Shown: positions 8,899 through 16,261, counted from the stretch's first letter. The stretch is 24,000 bases of DNA from Buttiauxella warmboldiae (GCF_003818135.1 NZ_RPOH01000017.1:28670-52669); one strand, 5' to 3'. Notes: generated by a model from the sequence alone, not told the origin. Made by a program: numbers and translations.

Positions 8899-9381
8899 AT
8901 GAAACGTATTTCCCCGGAGCGTAAAGCCAGCACACTGGCAAAATTGCTGCCCCCTTACAACATGACCGTCGCGGCTGTTGCACAGATGGAAGGGATATCG
9001 GAAGCTACTCTCTATAACTGGCGTAATCAGGCTAAAACAGAGGGGAAACCGGTGCCCGGTGCAGATAAAAACAGTGAGCAGTGGCCTGCCGAAGCGCGGC
9101 TGGCGGTTATCGTCGAAACCGCTACGTTGAGCGAAGCGGAAATCGCCGAATACTGCCGTAAAAAGGGACTCTACCCCGACCAGATAATCCAGTGGAAACA
9201 GGCTTTTTTACAGGTGACTTCCGGTGATGATAAAGCGGCCCTCAGGCAAAGCCAGAAAGAAATCAAGCAGTTGAAAAAGGAACTGCTCCGTAAGGAAAAG
9301 GCGCTGGCAGAGGCGGCAGCGATCCTGGTGTTAAGAAAAAAGCTCAGGGACTACTACGGGGAAACGGACGGGGATGACTGA
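8899..9381 (+). CDS. IS3-family transposase OrfA (HTH plus leucine zipper)
   Basis: 160 aa. The HTH segment reads VAAVAQMEGISEATLYNWRNQ. The C-terminal heptad-leucine region reads IKQLKKELLRKEKALAEAAAILVLRKK. The canonical A6G frameshift motif lies near the 3' end. Confidence 0.85.
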   Translation: MKRISPERKASTLAKLLPPYNMTVAAVAQMEGISEATLYNWRNQAKTEGKPVPGADKNSEQWPAEARLAVIVETATLSEAEIAEYCRKKGLYPDQIIQWKQAFLQVTSGDDKAALRQSQKEIKQLKKELLRKEKALAEAAAILVLRKKLRDYYGETDGDD

Positions 9382-9543
9382 CCTCGGGGGATACACGCCA
9401 ACAACTTATTCAGTGGATAAATGAGGCCATCACTGCCGGTGCACGCCGAGCCGTGGCCTGCCGCGAAATTGAACTCAGCGTACGCACCTGGCAGCGCTGG
9501 CAAAAATCCCCGGAAGACCGAAGAGCGACGGCAATACCCTCAG
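9378..9543 (+). pseudogene. IS3-family transposase OrfB, N-terminal fragment only
   Basis: The -1 frame reads LTSGDTRQQLIQWINEAITAGARRAVACREIELSVRTWQRWQKSPEDRRATA, which is typical of an OrfB N-terminus. A TGA at 9375-9377 separates it from the slippery site. No DDE domain follows. Confidence 0.55.
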
Positions 9544-9600
9544 TGTCAGGATAGTTGGCTCCTCTAACAAAATAGACCTGAGGGTGTTGGAATGACAAAT
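9544..9600 (+). repeat. Second, diverged copy of the IS3 left-end segment (ATACCCTCAGTGTCAGGATAGTTGG...GACAAAT)
   Basis: It aligns in direct orientation with 8829-8898 (TACCCCTCAGTGTCAGCATAGTTGT...GACAAAT). It carries a CCCTCAG/CTGAGGG 7-bp inverted repeat. The ATG of orfA is lost (GACAAATAATG). Confidence 0.5.
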
Positions 9601-9620
9601 AATGTGTGTTTCAACAAAGA

Positions 9621-9737
9621 TTAAAACCGGATACGGGAAAATTGCTTTCCCCTTGTAATAACCTGTTGCTCTAATCCGGAGCAGGAAAACCGGCTGCGTA
9701 ATTAACTCCGGGGACAACTTCGGTGGAACTTACCAGG
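9621..9737 (+). repeat. Copy 2 of the diverged ~100-bp direct repeat (perfect 23-mer at 9663-9685)
   Basis: TTAAAACCGGATA...CTGTTGCTCTAATCCGGAGCAGG...TCGGTGGAACTTACCAGG aligns by eye with 8650-8750. Confidence 0.6.
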
Positions 9738-9767
9738 TATGAAATCAGGGCCATTTACCATAGTGAG

Positions 9768-10200
9768 TTAAATTAAAAATGTTCCTGCCTCATTGGCAAA
9801 CTTTTGTAACAGATCGCTCCATTCCTGCATCATTTGCCGCGTTGTTCAATATATCTTGCATGATTGTAGGCACTTCGAACGGCATTGGGGTCTGCATGAG
9901 ATAACTGTGCCTCGATCCATTCCGTAGGATAACCAGGCTCATTTAATGCAGTGGAAAGCGTGCCCCTGATACCATGGCCGGTCAGCATTCCTTCATATCC
10001 TGCACGTTGAACGGCTTTATTAATAGTATTCTCACTTATCTGTTTGAGAGCGTTACTATTATGTGCAAGTAGATAGCATTGGGAGGCCGCAGACATGCCC
10101 ACCAGCGTTTTAATTATTTCCACTGCCTGCCATGAAAGGGGAACAACGTAGGGCGGAATGGTTCTTTGTCTCAGGTTTCTTTGTCACCGGAAGAGGGTGG
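9768..10200 (-). pseudogene. P4-type tyrosine integrase, C-terminal remnant with multiple frameshifts
   Basis: ORF 9830..10123 reads ...ISENTINKAVQRAGYEGMLTGHGIRGTLSTALNE...IEAQLSHADPNAVRSAYNHARYIEQRGK. That gives the catalytic HxxR box, the LSH motif and the Y region. The expected tail MMQEWSDLLQKF... continues in another frame down to the stop at 9768. Upstream, PPYVVPLSWQAVEII is readable but earlier segments need further frame changes. The upstream limit is unclear. Confidence 0.7.
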
Positions 10201-10590
10201 AGGAACATGGAATCGGATGTAACAAAAACAACACATGTCGTTCGTCGTTCAGGTAAGCGGAAAAAGGATAAAAACGGCCAGAAAGGTGTGTTATTACAGC
10301 AGATAAGCAGGGGAAGGGGCGGCTAACTAACTGAATCCGGTAGCGCTTTTTTTGGGTGTATTTATTGTTACGGAAAAGTTGAAATCTGGAGTGATTTTTC
10401 ATTATGGTGCGTCCGAGTTGATTGGTCAATATCGGTTTTATTTTTATCTTCCAATGGGTTGGAAGTTGTAAAACAAAAAATGTACACACGCTTGTACCAA
10501 TGAAATAACAAATTTATTTTATATATTTTTCTCATGCTTTCTGTGGGTTGGGCAGCAAAATTGATTCTGTATGCAAATGACATATAAAAT

Positions 10591-10642
10591 ATGTCAGTGT
10601 TTTTATAATATAAAACATGTCAGTGTTTTTATAATATAAAAC
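10591..10642. repeat. Perfect tandem duplication of a 26-bp AT-rich unit (ATGTCAGTGTTTTTATAATATAAAAC x2)
   Basis: Read directly, with units at 10591-10616 and 10617-10642. A partial third match (ATATAAAAT) lies immediately upstream. Each unit contains a near-palindrome, TTTTTATA-A-TATAAAA. Confidence 0.9.
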
Positions 10643-10958
10643 ATTATTTTTAATAATTGAGAATATTATTTCACTGCATATACCCAATAAACATAAGCGC
10701 ACAGCGGGAACCGTATTGACGAAGATAAGTTATTCAGCGAGCAGTACTGCACACCATGGCAACAGTTACCGGCCAGTGTGCAATAACGTCAAGCACATGG
10801 TAAAGGGGGCGTGGGCTGAGTAAAATACAGATGCAGTGCCTGCAGGCGTCACGGTAACGCTTGTATTACTGCTGCCTCTGCAGTAAGTACAGCCATCTGT
10901 CAGCGGGGCAGGCGAAGATACGGCGGACGTCCGGTCAGGGCCGGACAGACGAAGGCAC

Positions 10959-11255
10959 TCACCTCCAGGGGGAGTGTCTGAGGGTATCCTGGGACTGGCT
11001 GAGCACACGGATCACTGTAACAACAGAATGCGAGGGCACGAAATAGATCATGTGCTGCTCAACCGGCAACGAAAAGATATTTTCTCCAAGCTCTGCCCGG
11101 TGCGTACCGATGTCATGGCTGGCCAGAATGTCGAACACCGCAGCCAGCCTGCCGATATACGCATCCGCTTTTTCCAGCCCAAACTGCCGGAAACTGTAGT
11201 TCCAGATGGCCTCCAGATCCGCTTCAGCTTTCGGTGTCAGCTTAATTGCTTTCAT
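10959..11255 (-). CDS. parE: ParE-family type II toxin
   Basis: 98 aa. MKAIKLTPKAEADLEAIWNYSFRQFGLEKADAYIGRLAAVFDILA...YFV..SHSVVTVIRVL is the ParE/RelE-superfamily pattern. It overlaps the upstream antitoxin gene by 14 nt. Confidence 0.85.
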   Translation of the reverse strand: MKAIKLTPKAEADLEAIWNYSFRQFGLEKADAYIGRLAAVFDILASHDIGTHRAELGENIFSLPVEQHMIYFVPSHSVVTVIRVLSQSQDTLRHSPWR

Positions 11256-11502
11256 CTGCCACTCTGGCTCTTACCTTCTTCAGGAAGGCATCCTGCTCCC
11301 AGGGCATAGCGTCACCGCTGCTTATTCCTTCGGCCAGAAGATCACGAAGTATCTGTAGACGCGATTCTGCCTGTTTTTCACGAAGCAAACGCAGCCCATC
11401 ACGCATCACTTCACTCTGTGTCCGGTAATCGCCAGCCTGAACCAGTGAATCAATAAACTCACGCAGTTCATCTCCGACATCGACCGTCATTGTCCGGGCC
11501 AT
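11242..11502 (-). CDS. parD: ParD-family (RHH, COG3609-type) antitoxin
   Basis: 86 aa. MTVDVGDELREFIDSLVQAGDYRTQSEVMRDGLRLLREKQ...LRDLLAEGISSG is the ParD/CC2985-type pattern. A strong RBS (AGGAGG) precedes the ATG. Confidence 0.85.
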   Translation of the reverse strand: MARTMTVDVGDELREFIDSLVQAGDYRTQSEVMRDGLRLLREKQAESRLQILRDLLAEGISSGDAMPWEQDAFLKKVRARVADESN

Positions 11503-11769
11503 ACTGCCTCCTGTTATCAGTGTAAGATTTATTCTTATATCATAATAGCCGGTATGCCAGCCTTTTGCATCCTTCTCTCAGCAGATCCTCTGCTGATAGC
11601 GTCAGAGCTGTATGTACCAACCCCACCATCTTTGTTTACACGGCAATAATATTTGCAGGTCAAAGCATGTGCAGGACCGGTATGAGGGAAGCGACGAAGT
11701 GATAGAAGGCCACTGGTGTGAGCGGTATGTACGTAAAGGCGAAGCTTCTGACTGGGGTCACAACCACAT

Positions 11770-11830
11770 GTTGCAATAGATTTTGTATCTTTTAACAGTT
11801 TCACAGAATTCGGATCTCCGGAGAAAAGGA
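11770..11830 (+). promoter_or_regulatory. Copy 1 of the conserved leader element (GTTGCAAT...TTGTAT...TTCGGATCT..GAGAAAAG), 166 bp upstream of the RHH gene ATG
   Basis: It aligns by eye with 15356-15425 and 19130-19180. The TTCGGATCT core lies at 11809-11817. Confidence 0.5.
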
Positions 11831-11858
11831 GCGACTGCTTAAGAATTGCGTCCAATAA

Positions 11859-11954
11859 AATGACATGATGTCATTAAATTGACCGCTTAATAATTAAATG
11901 ATTTACTTCACTTCTGATTAATTCATTTACTGAAACTGTATTCAGAGAATACAG
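11859..11954 (+). promoter_or_regulatory. Promoter/operator region of the RHH-KAP operon
   Basis: AATGACAT-G-ATGTCATT (11859-11875) is a perfect 17-bp palindrome. It is followed by TTGACC (11879-11884), a 17-nt spacer and TTTACT (11902-11907). CTGTATTC-AGA-GAATACAG (11936-11954) is a perfect 8-bp inverted repeat just before the RBS AGGAG (11965-11969). Confidence 0.4.
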
Positions 11955-11974
11955 CCATCCTGACAGGAGCCCAC

Positions 11975-13063
11975 ATGCTGAGTCAGCTGACCCTGCGCTT
12001 TCACAAGAAACTGATCGAGGCACTGAAAGTACGTGCCGGTCGCGAAAATACCTCGGTCAACGCCCTGGCCGAACGCTTCCTCGATGACGGTCTGAAGTCG
12101 GCTGCCACCGGCGACGGTTATTTTCAGCTGATCGCCGATCCGGATGCCACGATCCGTCAGCTGTACCGGCATATCATTCTTGGCCAGACCTTCGGCACGT
12201 CAACGTTCTCCCGCGACGAACTGCGCTTTCTGCTGGCCTACGCCCGGGAGGCCTTCATATGCGGGCATGGCAGACTTGCCACTCTCCCGGCGCTGCGCAC
12301 TCTACTGGAGATCACCCGCGACCTGCTGGCATGGCAGGTCGAGCATGATCACCCGGTGGATGCCCACTACCTGAAGGGGACCTTCCGGCTGCCCGGCGAA
12401 AACTGGGTCGAGGAATTTGACGATTTCCTTGCGACACTGCGTCCGGTCATTGATCAGGGCTATGCAGAGCACCTGCTACGACCACTGGGGAGCGACTGTT
12501 TTACGCTGGCTGACTTTCCCGACGCCGTGCTGGCGGAGATTTTCACGCTCCCTCGACTGAAGGGCATTTTCCCACTGGTCCTGCGCGGGCTGGGCTGGAC
12601 GGATGAAAAGGCCGCGGCTCTGGCGCAAGAGCTACGCCCGCTTATCCCGGCCGTGACGGAAATCCTTGAGGCCGGCACGCTGCGTCTCGAGATCCGCGTG
12701 GACGGCCAGCATCCGGATCAGCGTCCGGGAGCCTGGTATGACACCCCGAAAATACATCTGATCATCACAGGCCAGGAGTTTGTGGTACCGGTGGACTGGG
12801 CAACTTTCACCGAACTGCTGGGTCTGTTCAGCCTGTATGTCCGCTTCCCGGAGGCGCTGGCACACGGCCATCATGGTGAACGCGTCATGTTCTCGCCGCC
12901 AGGCCATGTCATGGCGGACGGTTTTTTTGGCCTCGACGGGCTGCGGATTTTCCTGCCAGCAGAGGGGTTTGAGACGCTGGTTCGGGAGCTGGTAACGCGC
13001 AGCAGCGAAGGCTCGCTGGCTGACGCCCTGTCCGGGCTGCGCTGCCTGTACGGAGATCTGTGA
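11975..13063 (+). CDS. Hypothetical protein with an N-terminal ribbon-helix-helix-like domain fused to ~315 aa of unknown family
   Basis: 362 aa. The N-terminus LTLRFHKKLIEALKVRAGRENTSVNALAERFLDDGL fits the Arc/CopG RHH pattern (beta strand, helix, helix). It has a good RBS, and the stop lies 1 nt before the next gene's ATG. The block is GC-rich and antisense ORFs in it are spurious. Confidence 0.8.
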   Translation: MLSQLTLRFHKKLIEALKVRAGRENTSVNALAERFLDDGLKSAATGDGYFQLIADPDATIRQLYRHIILGQTFGTSTFSRDELRFLLAYAREAFICGHGRLATLPALRTLLEITRDLLAWQVEHDHPVDAHYLKGTFRLPGENWVEEFDDFLATLRPVIDQGYAEHLLRPLGSDCFTLADFPDAVLAEIFTLPRLKGIFPLVLRGLGWTDEKAAALAQELRPLIPAVTEILEAGTLRLEIRVDGQHPDQRPGAWYDTPKIHLIITGQEFVVPVDWATFTELLGLFSLYVRFPEALAHGHHGERVMFSPPGHVMADGFFGLDGLRIFLPAEGFETLVRELVTRSSEGSLADALSGLRCLYGDL

Positions 13064-13064
13064 T

Positions 13065-15290
13065 ATGGCTGATATCAACGCAATGAGGCTGGATCAGTCC
13101 GTCACCTGTCCGGAACAGGATCGTTATGGTTTCCGCTATGTCGCCGCACAGCTGGCACAGTCTGTTCAGGCTATTGGCCGCGAAGGAAGCGCTGTTATCG
13201 GCATTGAGGGGGCATGGGGTTCCGGAAAAACTAGTCTGCTGAACCTGCTGCGTGCGGCACTGGATGAGCAGAAAGAGGACAACACGTTTGTCCTGAGTAT
13301 CTCTCCCTGGCTTGATGGCAGCGACACCAGTCTGGTGGAATCGCTGCTGATACCGGTGGCAGGTATCATTGCCGCAGAGGAAGAGCGCCGCCTTCCCCTC
13401 GAAGAGCGGGAAAGCCTCAAAAAGAAAAAGGGGCTCACCCGGACAGCCCGGACCCTCATGGAATATACCCGAGCGACGGCCCGCCATCTGGCTCCGCTGG
13501 CTCAGGCCGCGACTGTGATCCCGGGCGTACCTGATGCGAGCGGGGCGCTGAACGCGCTATCGGAAACCAGCTGGTTAAAAGAAAAACAAAAAACCGCAGC
13601 GGAGATGCGTACCGAAATCGCAGAAAAAATTGTCGCAATGGATCTCAGTTTTATTATTCTTCTTGATGATCTGGACAGACTGGAGCCTGCGCAGGCTGTG
13701 GAAGTTGTCCGTCTGGTCAAATCCGTCGCCGATTTTCCCCGCTTCCGCTACATACTCTGTTATGACAAGACGGTGCTGGCGCAGGCCATCAAGAAAGGAC
13801 TGGGCGTGGAGGATGGCGAACTTTATCTGCAGAAAATCGTGCAGATTTCCTTCAGCCTGCCAAGACCGGAATCCTTCGATCTGCGCCGGGAATTTCTGGC
13901 CGGCGTCGTAGGGTTGTATGAATCCGTTAACGGAATGTCTCCGAGCGAAGAGTTAATAGATGAGTTAAACAGGGTAACAGATATTTATGGTGCAGCCCTG
14001 AACACCCCCCGTGAAGTCCATCTGGCACTGAATAATCTGCGTTTTAGGTACAGCGGAATACGCGATTACGTCTTTCTGCCGGATCTGTGTTTCCTGCAGC
14101 TTATCCGTACCACCAATTCCGGGCTGTATAACTGGACAGAAGAATATCTGACAGAGCGGGCCATCGTGGAATCCGGGGACGGCCGTGTCAGTGAAGAGGA
14201 GCAAGAACAGCTGGCACAAAAGCTGGGCGAATACTTGTCCAGATTTCGCTCTTCAGAGGCAAAATCTGCAATCTCCCTGCGCCACTGGGTTCCGGGTATT
14301 TCGGGGTATCAGGCTGATAATCTGAAATTGTTCGCTCAGGCGGGCGAGGAAGAGAAAGCGATGATGACAGCCAACCGCCGCCTCGGGAGCACCGCATACT
14401 GGCGTTATTACTTTGCATTTTCCTCACCGCAGAACGTTCTGCCGCCAGCGTATTTTGATGATCTGTTCCGTAAAAGTAGTAATCCCGAAAATTATCTGTC
14501 AATGGCCCGGGAGTTGTTAGGCCGGATCAACAGCAATGGTGTGTCCTCACGTACCTGGTTTGAGCATATTCTGAGCCAGATGACACGACCGATGATAAAC
14601 GAGCGTACAGCATCAGAGTGTTCTGGTCTGCTGACATTCTTCTTTGAAGAGGGCGATGAGATACACGCACGATTCCGACAGAGAAATCACTGGTTTTCCC
14701 GGTATGATCTTGATGTCAACAGCGTGGCTGATCGTCTTCTGAAAAGAATGCTGGATGATGACCGGGCTAAGACGATGAACACCCTGCTTTCACTGACGAT
14801 GAAAGGAACCGCCCTGGTCTGGATTGCGAATTATATCCGCGATTTGCTGTGGCAGAATGGGCTGGCTGGTAACCGGCCCGCCTCAGAGCAGGAACGCGTG
14901 CTGACAAATGATGAGTTGAACCTCGTTCGCAGCAAGTTTAGTGAGCGCCTGAATAATAATAAGCTGATATTGCAGCTTCTGCAGGGAGGTGAGCTGGGAG
15001 GATTCGTCTGGGCCTGTCAGGATATTGCAGGCCAGGAAACACTGATTGCCTGGATTTCACAACACGCTACCTGTGACGAGGTATTTCTGACCTTATTGCT
15101 GAGTCTGCGCTCTCACTGCATCTCCAGCGAGTCCGGACACTATCTATCCCTGAAAATAACGGAAATCGCTCATTTGTTCGGGGGAGAGAAAGAACTGCGC
15201 GAAAGGCTAAGCCGTATTGAAGCTGAAGGTCAGTTTCCTGATCAGACGGATGAAATCAATAAAGCTATCATGCTCAGCAAATCATTCTGA
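13065..15290 (+). CDS. KAP-family P-loop NTPase (apparently soluble)
   Basis: 741 aa. The Walker A motif is VIGIEGAWGSGKTSLLNLL. The Walker B motif is SFIILLDDLDRLEPAQAVEVVRLVKSVADFPRFRYILCYD, the hallmark KAP arrangement. A long helical C-terminal region follows. I see no convincing TM helices in the Walker A-B insert. Confidence 0.9.
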   Translation: MADINAMRLDQSVTCPEQDRYGFRYVAAQLAQSVQAIGREGSAVIGIEGAWGSGKTSLLNLLRAALDEQKEDNTFVLSISPWLDGSDTSLVESLLIPVAGIIAAEEERRLPLEERESLKKKKGLTRTARTLMEYTRATARHLAPLAQAATVIPGVPDASGALNALSETSWLKEKQKTAAEMRTEIAEKIVAMDLSFIILLDDLDRLEPAQAVEVVRLVKSVADFPRFRYILCYDKTVLAQAIKKGLGVEDGELYLQKIVQISFSLPRPESFDLRREFLAGVVGLYESVNGMSPSEELIDELNRVTDIYGAALNTPREVHLALNNLRFRYSGIRDYVFLPDLCFLQLIRTTNSGLYNWTEEYLTERAIVESGDGRVSEEEQEQLAQKLGEYLSRFRSSEAKSAISLRHWVPGISGYQADNLKLFAQAGEEEKAMMTANRRLGSTAYWRYYFAFSSPQNVLPPAYFDDLFRKSSNPENYLSMARELLGRINSNGVSSRTWFEHILSQMTRPMINERTASECSGLLTFFFEEGDEIHARFRQRNHWFSRYDLDVNSVADRLLKRMLDDDRAKTMNTLLSLTMKGTALVWIANYIRDLLWQNGLAGNRPASEQERVLTNDELNLVRSKFSERLNNNKLILQLLQGGELGGFVWACQDIAGQETLIAWISQHATCDEVFLTLLLSLRSHCISSESGHYLSLKITEIAHLFGGEKELRERLSRIEAEGQFPDQTDEINKAIMLSKSF

Positions 15291-15327
15291 TTTTTCCAGT
15301 TCTGCCATTTTATTAACAATCTCCAGG

Positions 15328-15354
15328 GAACCTGCCCAGCAGGTTCTCTTTTTC
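15328..15354 (+). terminator. Rho-independent terminator of the RHH-KAP operon
   Basis: GAACCTGC-CCA-GCAGGTTC forms an 8-bp perfect stem followed by TCTTTTTC. Confidence 0.7.
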
Positions 15355-15355
15355 A

Positions 15356-15425
15356 GTTGCAATCATTGTTGTATACCTGAATAACCTCCGTCTTTTGGGG
15401 TTTTCGGATCTGAAAAAGAGAAAAC
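15356..15425 (+). promoter_or_regulatory. Copy 2 of the conserved leader element (contains GGGGTTTTCGGATCTGAA at 15397-15414), 138 bp upstream of the next ATG
   Basis: GTTGCAATCATTGTTGTATACC...TCCGTCTTTTGGGGTTTTCGGATCTGAAAAAGAGAAAAC. The 18-mer is identical to 19151-19168. Confidence 0.55.
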
Positions 15426-15482
15426 AAAAAAAGCACATAGATTAATAGCTAAAAACTATAAAAAACGGAACAAGAACAAAAC

Positions 15483-15540
15483 TTGCACAGCTTAACGATT
15501 TATCGTAATGTATAATACATGAAATCGATAAGGAGGTTTT
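15483..15540 (+). promoter_or_regulatory. Promoter/operator and RBS of the 229-aa HTH gene
   Basis: TTGCAC (15483-15488), a 17-nt spacer and TAATGT, with TATAAT at 15511-15516 as an alternative -10. The palindromes are ACGAT-TT-ATCGT (15495-15506) and ATGTAT-A-ATACAT (15508-15520). The RBS is AAGGAGG (15530-15536). Confidence 0.45.
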
Positions 15541-16230
15541 ATGAACACACCAACCCAAAAACGAAACGGTAATGATCGTTCCTCCACTATGCATAATTTT
15601 ATGGACAACAGCATTGCTGCAGAGCGTCTTCAGAATTTTTTTCAGGACCTGGCAGAAGAAGTCCGGTCCGGTAAAACTCCGATTGTTCCTGAGAGTATGG
15701 GGAAGACCGACGCGGTTTTTACCATTGATACCATTCTGAAGTTTCTTGAAAATCGTGCAGTTAACAGCCTGACGCCGGAAAAAAAACGCCAGCAGCGACG
15801 TTTACACAGTAAGGCTCTTTTCCTTCAGACGCTGGAAAATGACGGCGGGATTTACAATTCAGCTAAAGCTGCAGAAATGGTGGGCAAGAGTAAACCAACG
15901 GTTAAAACCTGGAAAGATACCGACCAGTTGCTTGCCCTTGATATTGATGGTGAGTTTTACTACCCGGCGTTTCAGTTCACTGATGAGGAAGGGATCTCGG
16001 ATAAAGGTGTGCTCCGGGGGGTGGCCGAACTGCTGCCTATGCTGGGCAGCTTCAGTGACAGAATGAAATATTCTTTCTTTATGGAACAGAGAAATACTAT
16101 CCTCGATGGCCTGAACCCTGCAGGACGTACGTTTACCGTTGCAGACGTTCTGAAGGGCAATCCGGATGAAAAAGTGATGAATGAATTACGCCGGCTGGCT
16201 CGCAACTACGGTACACAGAACGCAGTTTAA
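15541..16230 (+). CDS. HTH DNA-binding protein resembling Xre-type antitoxins with a C-terminal DUF2384/ParS/MbcA-like toxin-binding domain
   Basis: 229 aa. The HTH-like segment is IYNSAKAAEMVGKSKPTVKTWKDTDQLLALDIDGEFYYPAFQF. The C-terminal part is RMKYSFFMEQRNTILDGLNPAGRTFTVADVLKGNPDEKVMNEL. It has a strong RBS. The function is inferred from motif memory and the neighbouring RES gene. Confidence 0.6.
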   Translation: MNTPTQKRNGNDRSSTMHNFMDNSIAAERLQNFFQDLAEEVRSGKTPIVPESMGKTDAVFTIDTILKFLENRAVNSLTPEKKRQQRRLHSKALFLQTLENDGGIYNSAKAAEMVGKSKPTVKTWKDTDQLLALDIDGEFYYPAFQFTDEEGISDKGVLRGVAELLPMLGSFSDRMKYSFFMEQRNTILDGLNPAGRTFTVADVLKGNPDEKVMNELRRLARNYGTQNAV

Positions 16231-16232
16231 TG

Positions 16233-16256
16233 AAAGGGGGTGCTTGCCCCCCCTTT
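16233..16256. terminator. Bidirectional hairpin terminator between the convergent HTH and RES genes
   Basis: AAAGGGGG-TGCTTGCC-CCCCCTTT. The A/T runs flanking a G/C stem give a U-tract on either strand. Confidence 0.6.
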
Positions 16257-16261
16257 ATCAG

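Larger units (their letters stand above)
8826..9543 (+). mobile_element. IS3-family insertion sequence remnant: left end, orfA and the first ~55 codons of orfB. The 3' part is deleted.
   Basis: The putative IRL starts TGATACTACCCC at 8826. It is followed by an intact orfA with an A AAA AAG slippery heptamer (9336-9342) in the correct phase. The orfB homology stops at ~9543. Confidence 0.7.

Noticed and set aside
8671-9717. Minus-strand ORFs 8671..8898, 9410..9598 and 9475..9717
   Set aside because: They run across repeat and IS-end sequence. Two share LLRIRAT only because they cross the duplicated 23-mer. They have no RBS and no family resemblance.
10132-10583. ORFs 10132..10326(+), 10184..10489(-) and 10368..10583(-)
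   Set aside because: They overlap the degraded integrase region and the AT-rich spacer. Their translations are low-complexity. The integrase-like signal there needs several frame changes, so none of these is a real gene.
10591-10642. Possible CRISPR array or minimal repeat-spacer unit
   Set aside because: The two 26-bp units are directly adjacent with no spacers. They are AT-rich and there are no cas genes, so this is a simple tandem duplication.
10766-11428. ORFs 10766..11008(-), 10861..11046(+), 10974..11309(+) and 11246..11428(+)
   Set aside because: They overlap or lie antisense to the well-supported parE and parD genes, or lie in the parE 3' flank without an RBS.
11535-11855. The 106-aa minus-strand ORF (TTG start). 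I briefly read KLLKDTKSIAT...GVGTYSSDAISRGSAERR as a decayed integrase arm-binding N-terminus.
   Set aside because: The segment that looked integrase-like coincides with copy 1 of the conserved non-coding leader element (11770-11830). The other copies do not conserve any reading frame. The ORF has a non-ATG start, no RBS and a Cys/His-rich, odd composition. The resemblance is too weak to report as a feature.
12144-14502. Numerous ORFs on both strands inside the RHH-fusion and KAP genes (e.g. 12632..13078(-), 12909..13487(-), 13166..13459(-) and 14188..14502(-))
   Set aside because: They are typical spurious open frames of GC-rich DNA. They are Arg/Ala/Ser/Pro-rich and antisense to genes with clear motifs.
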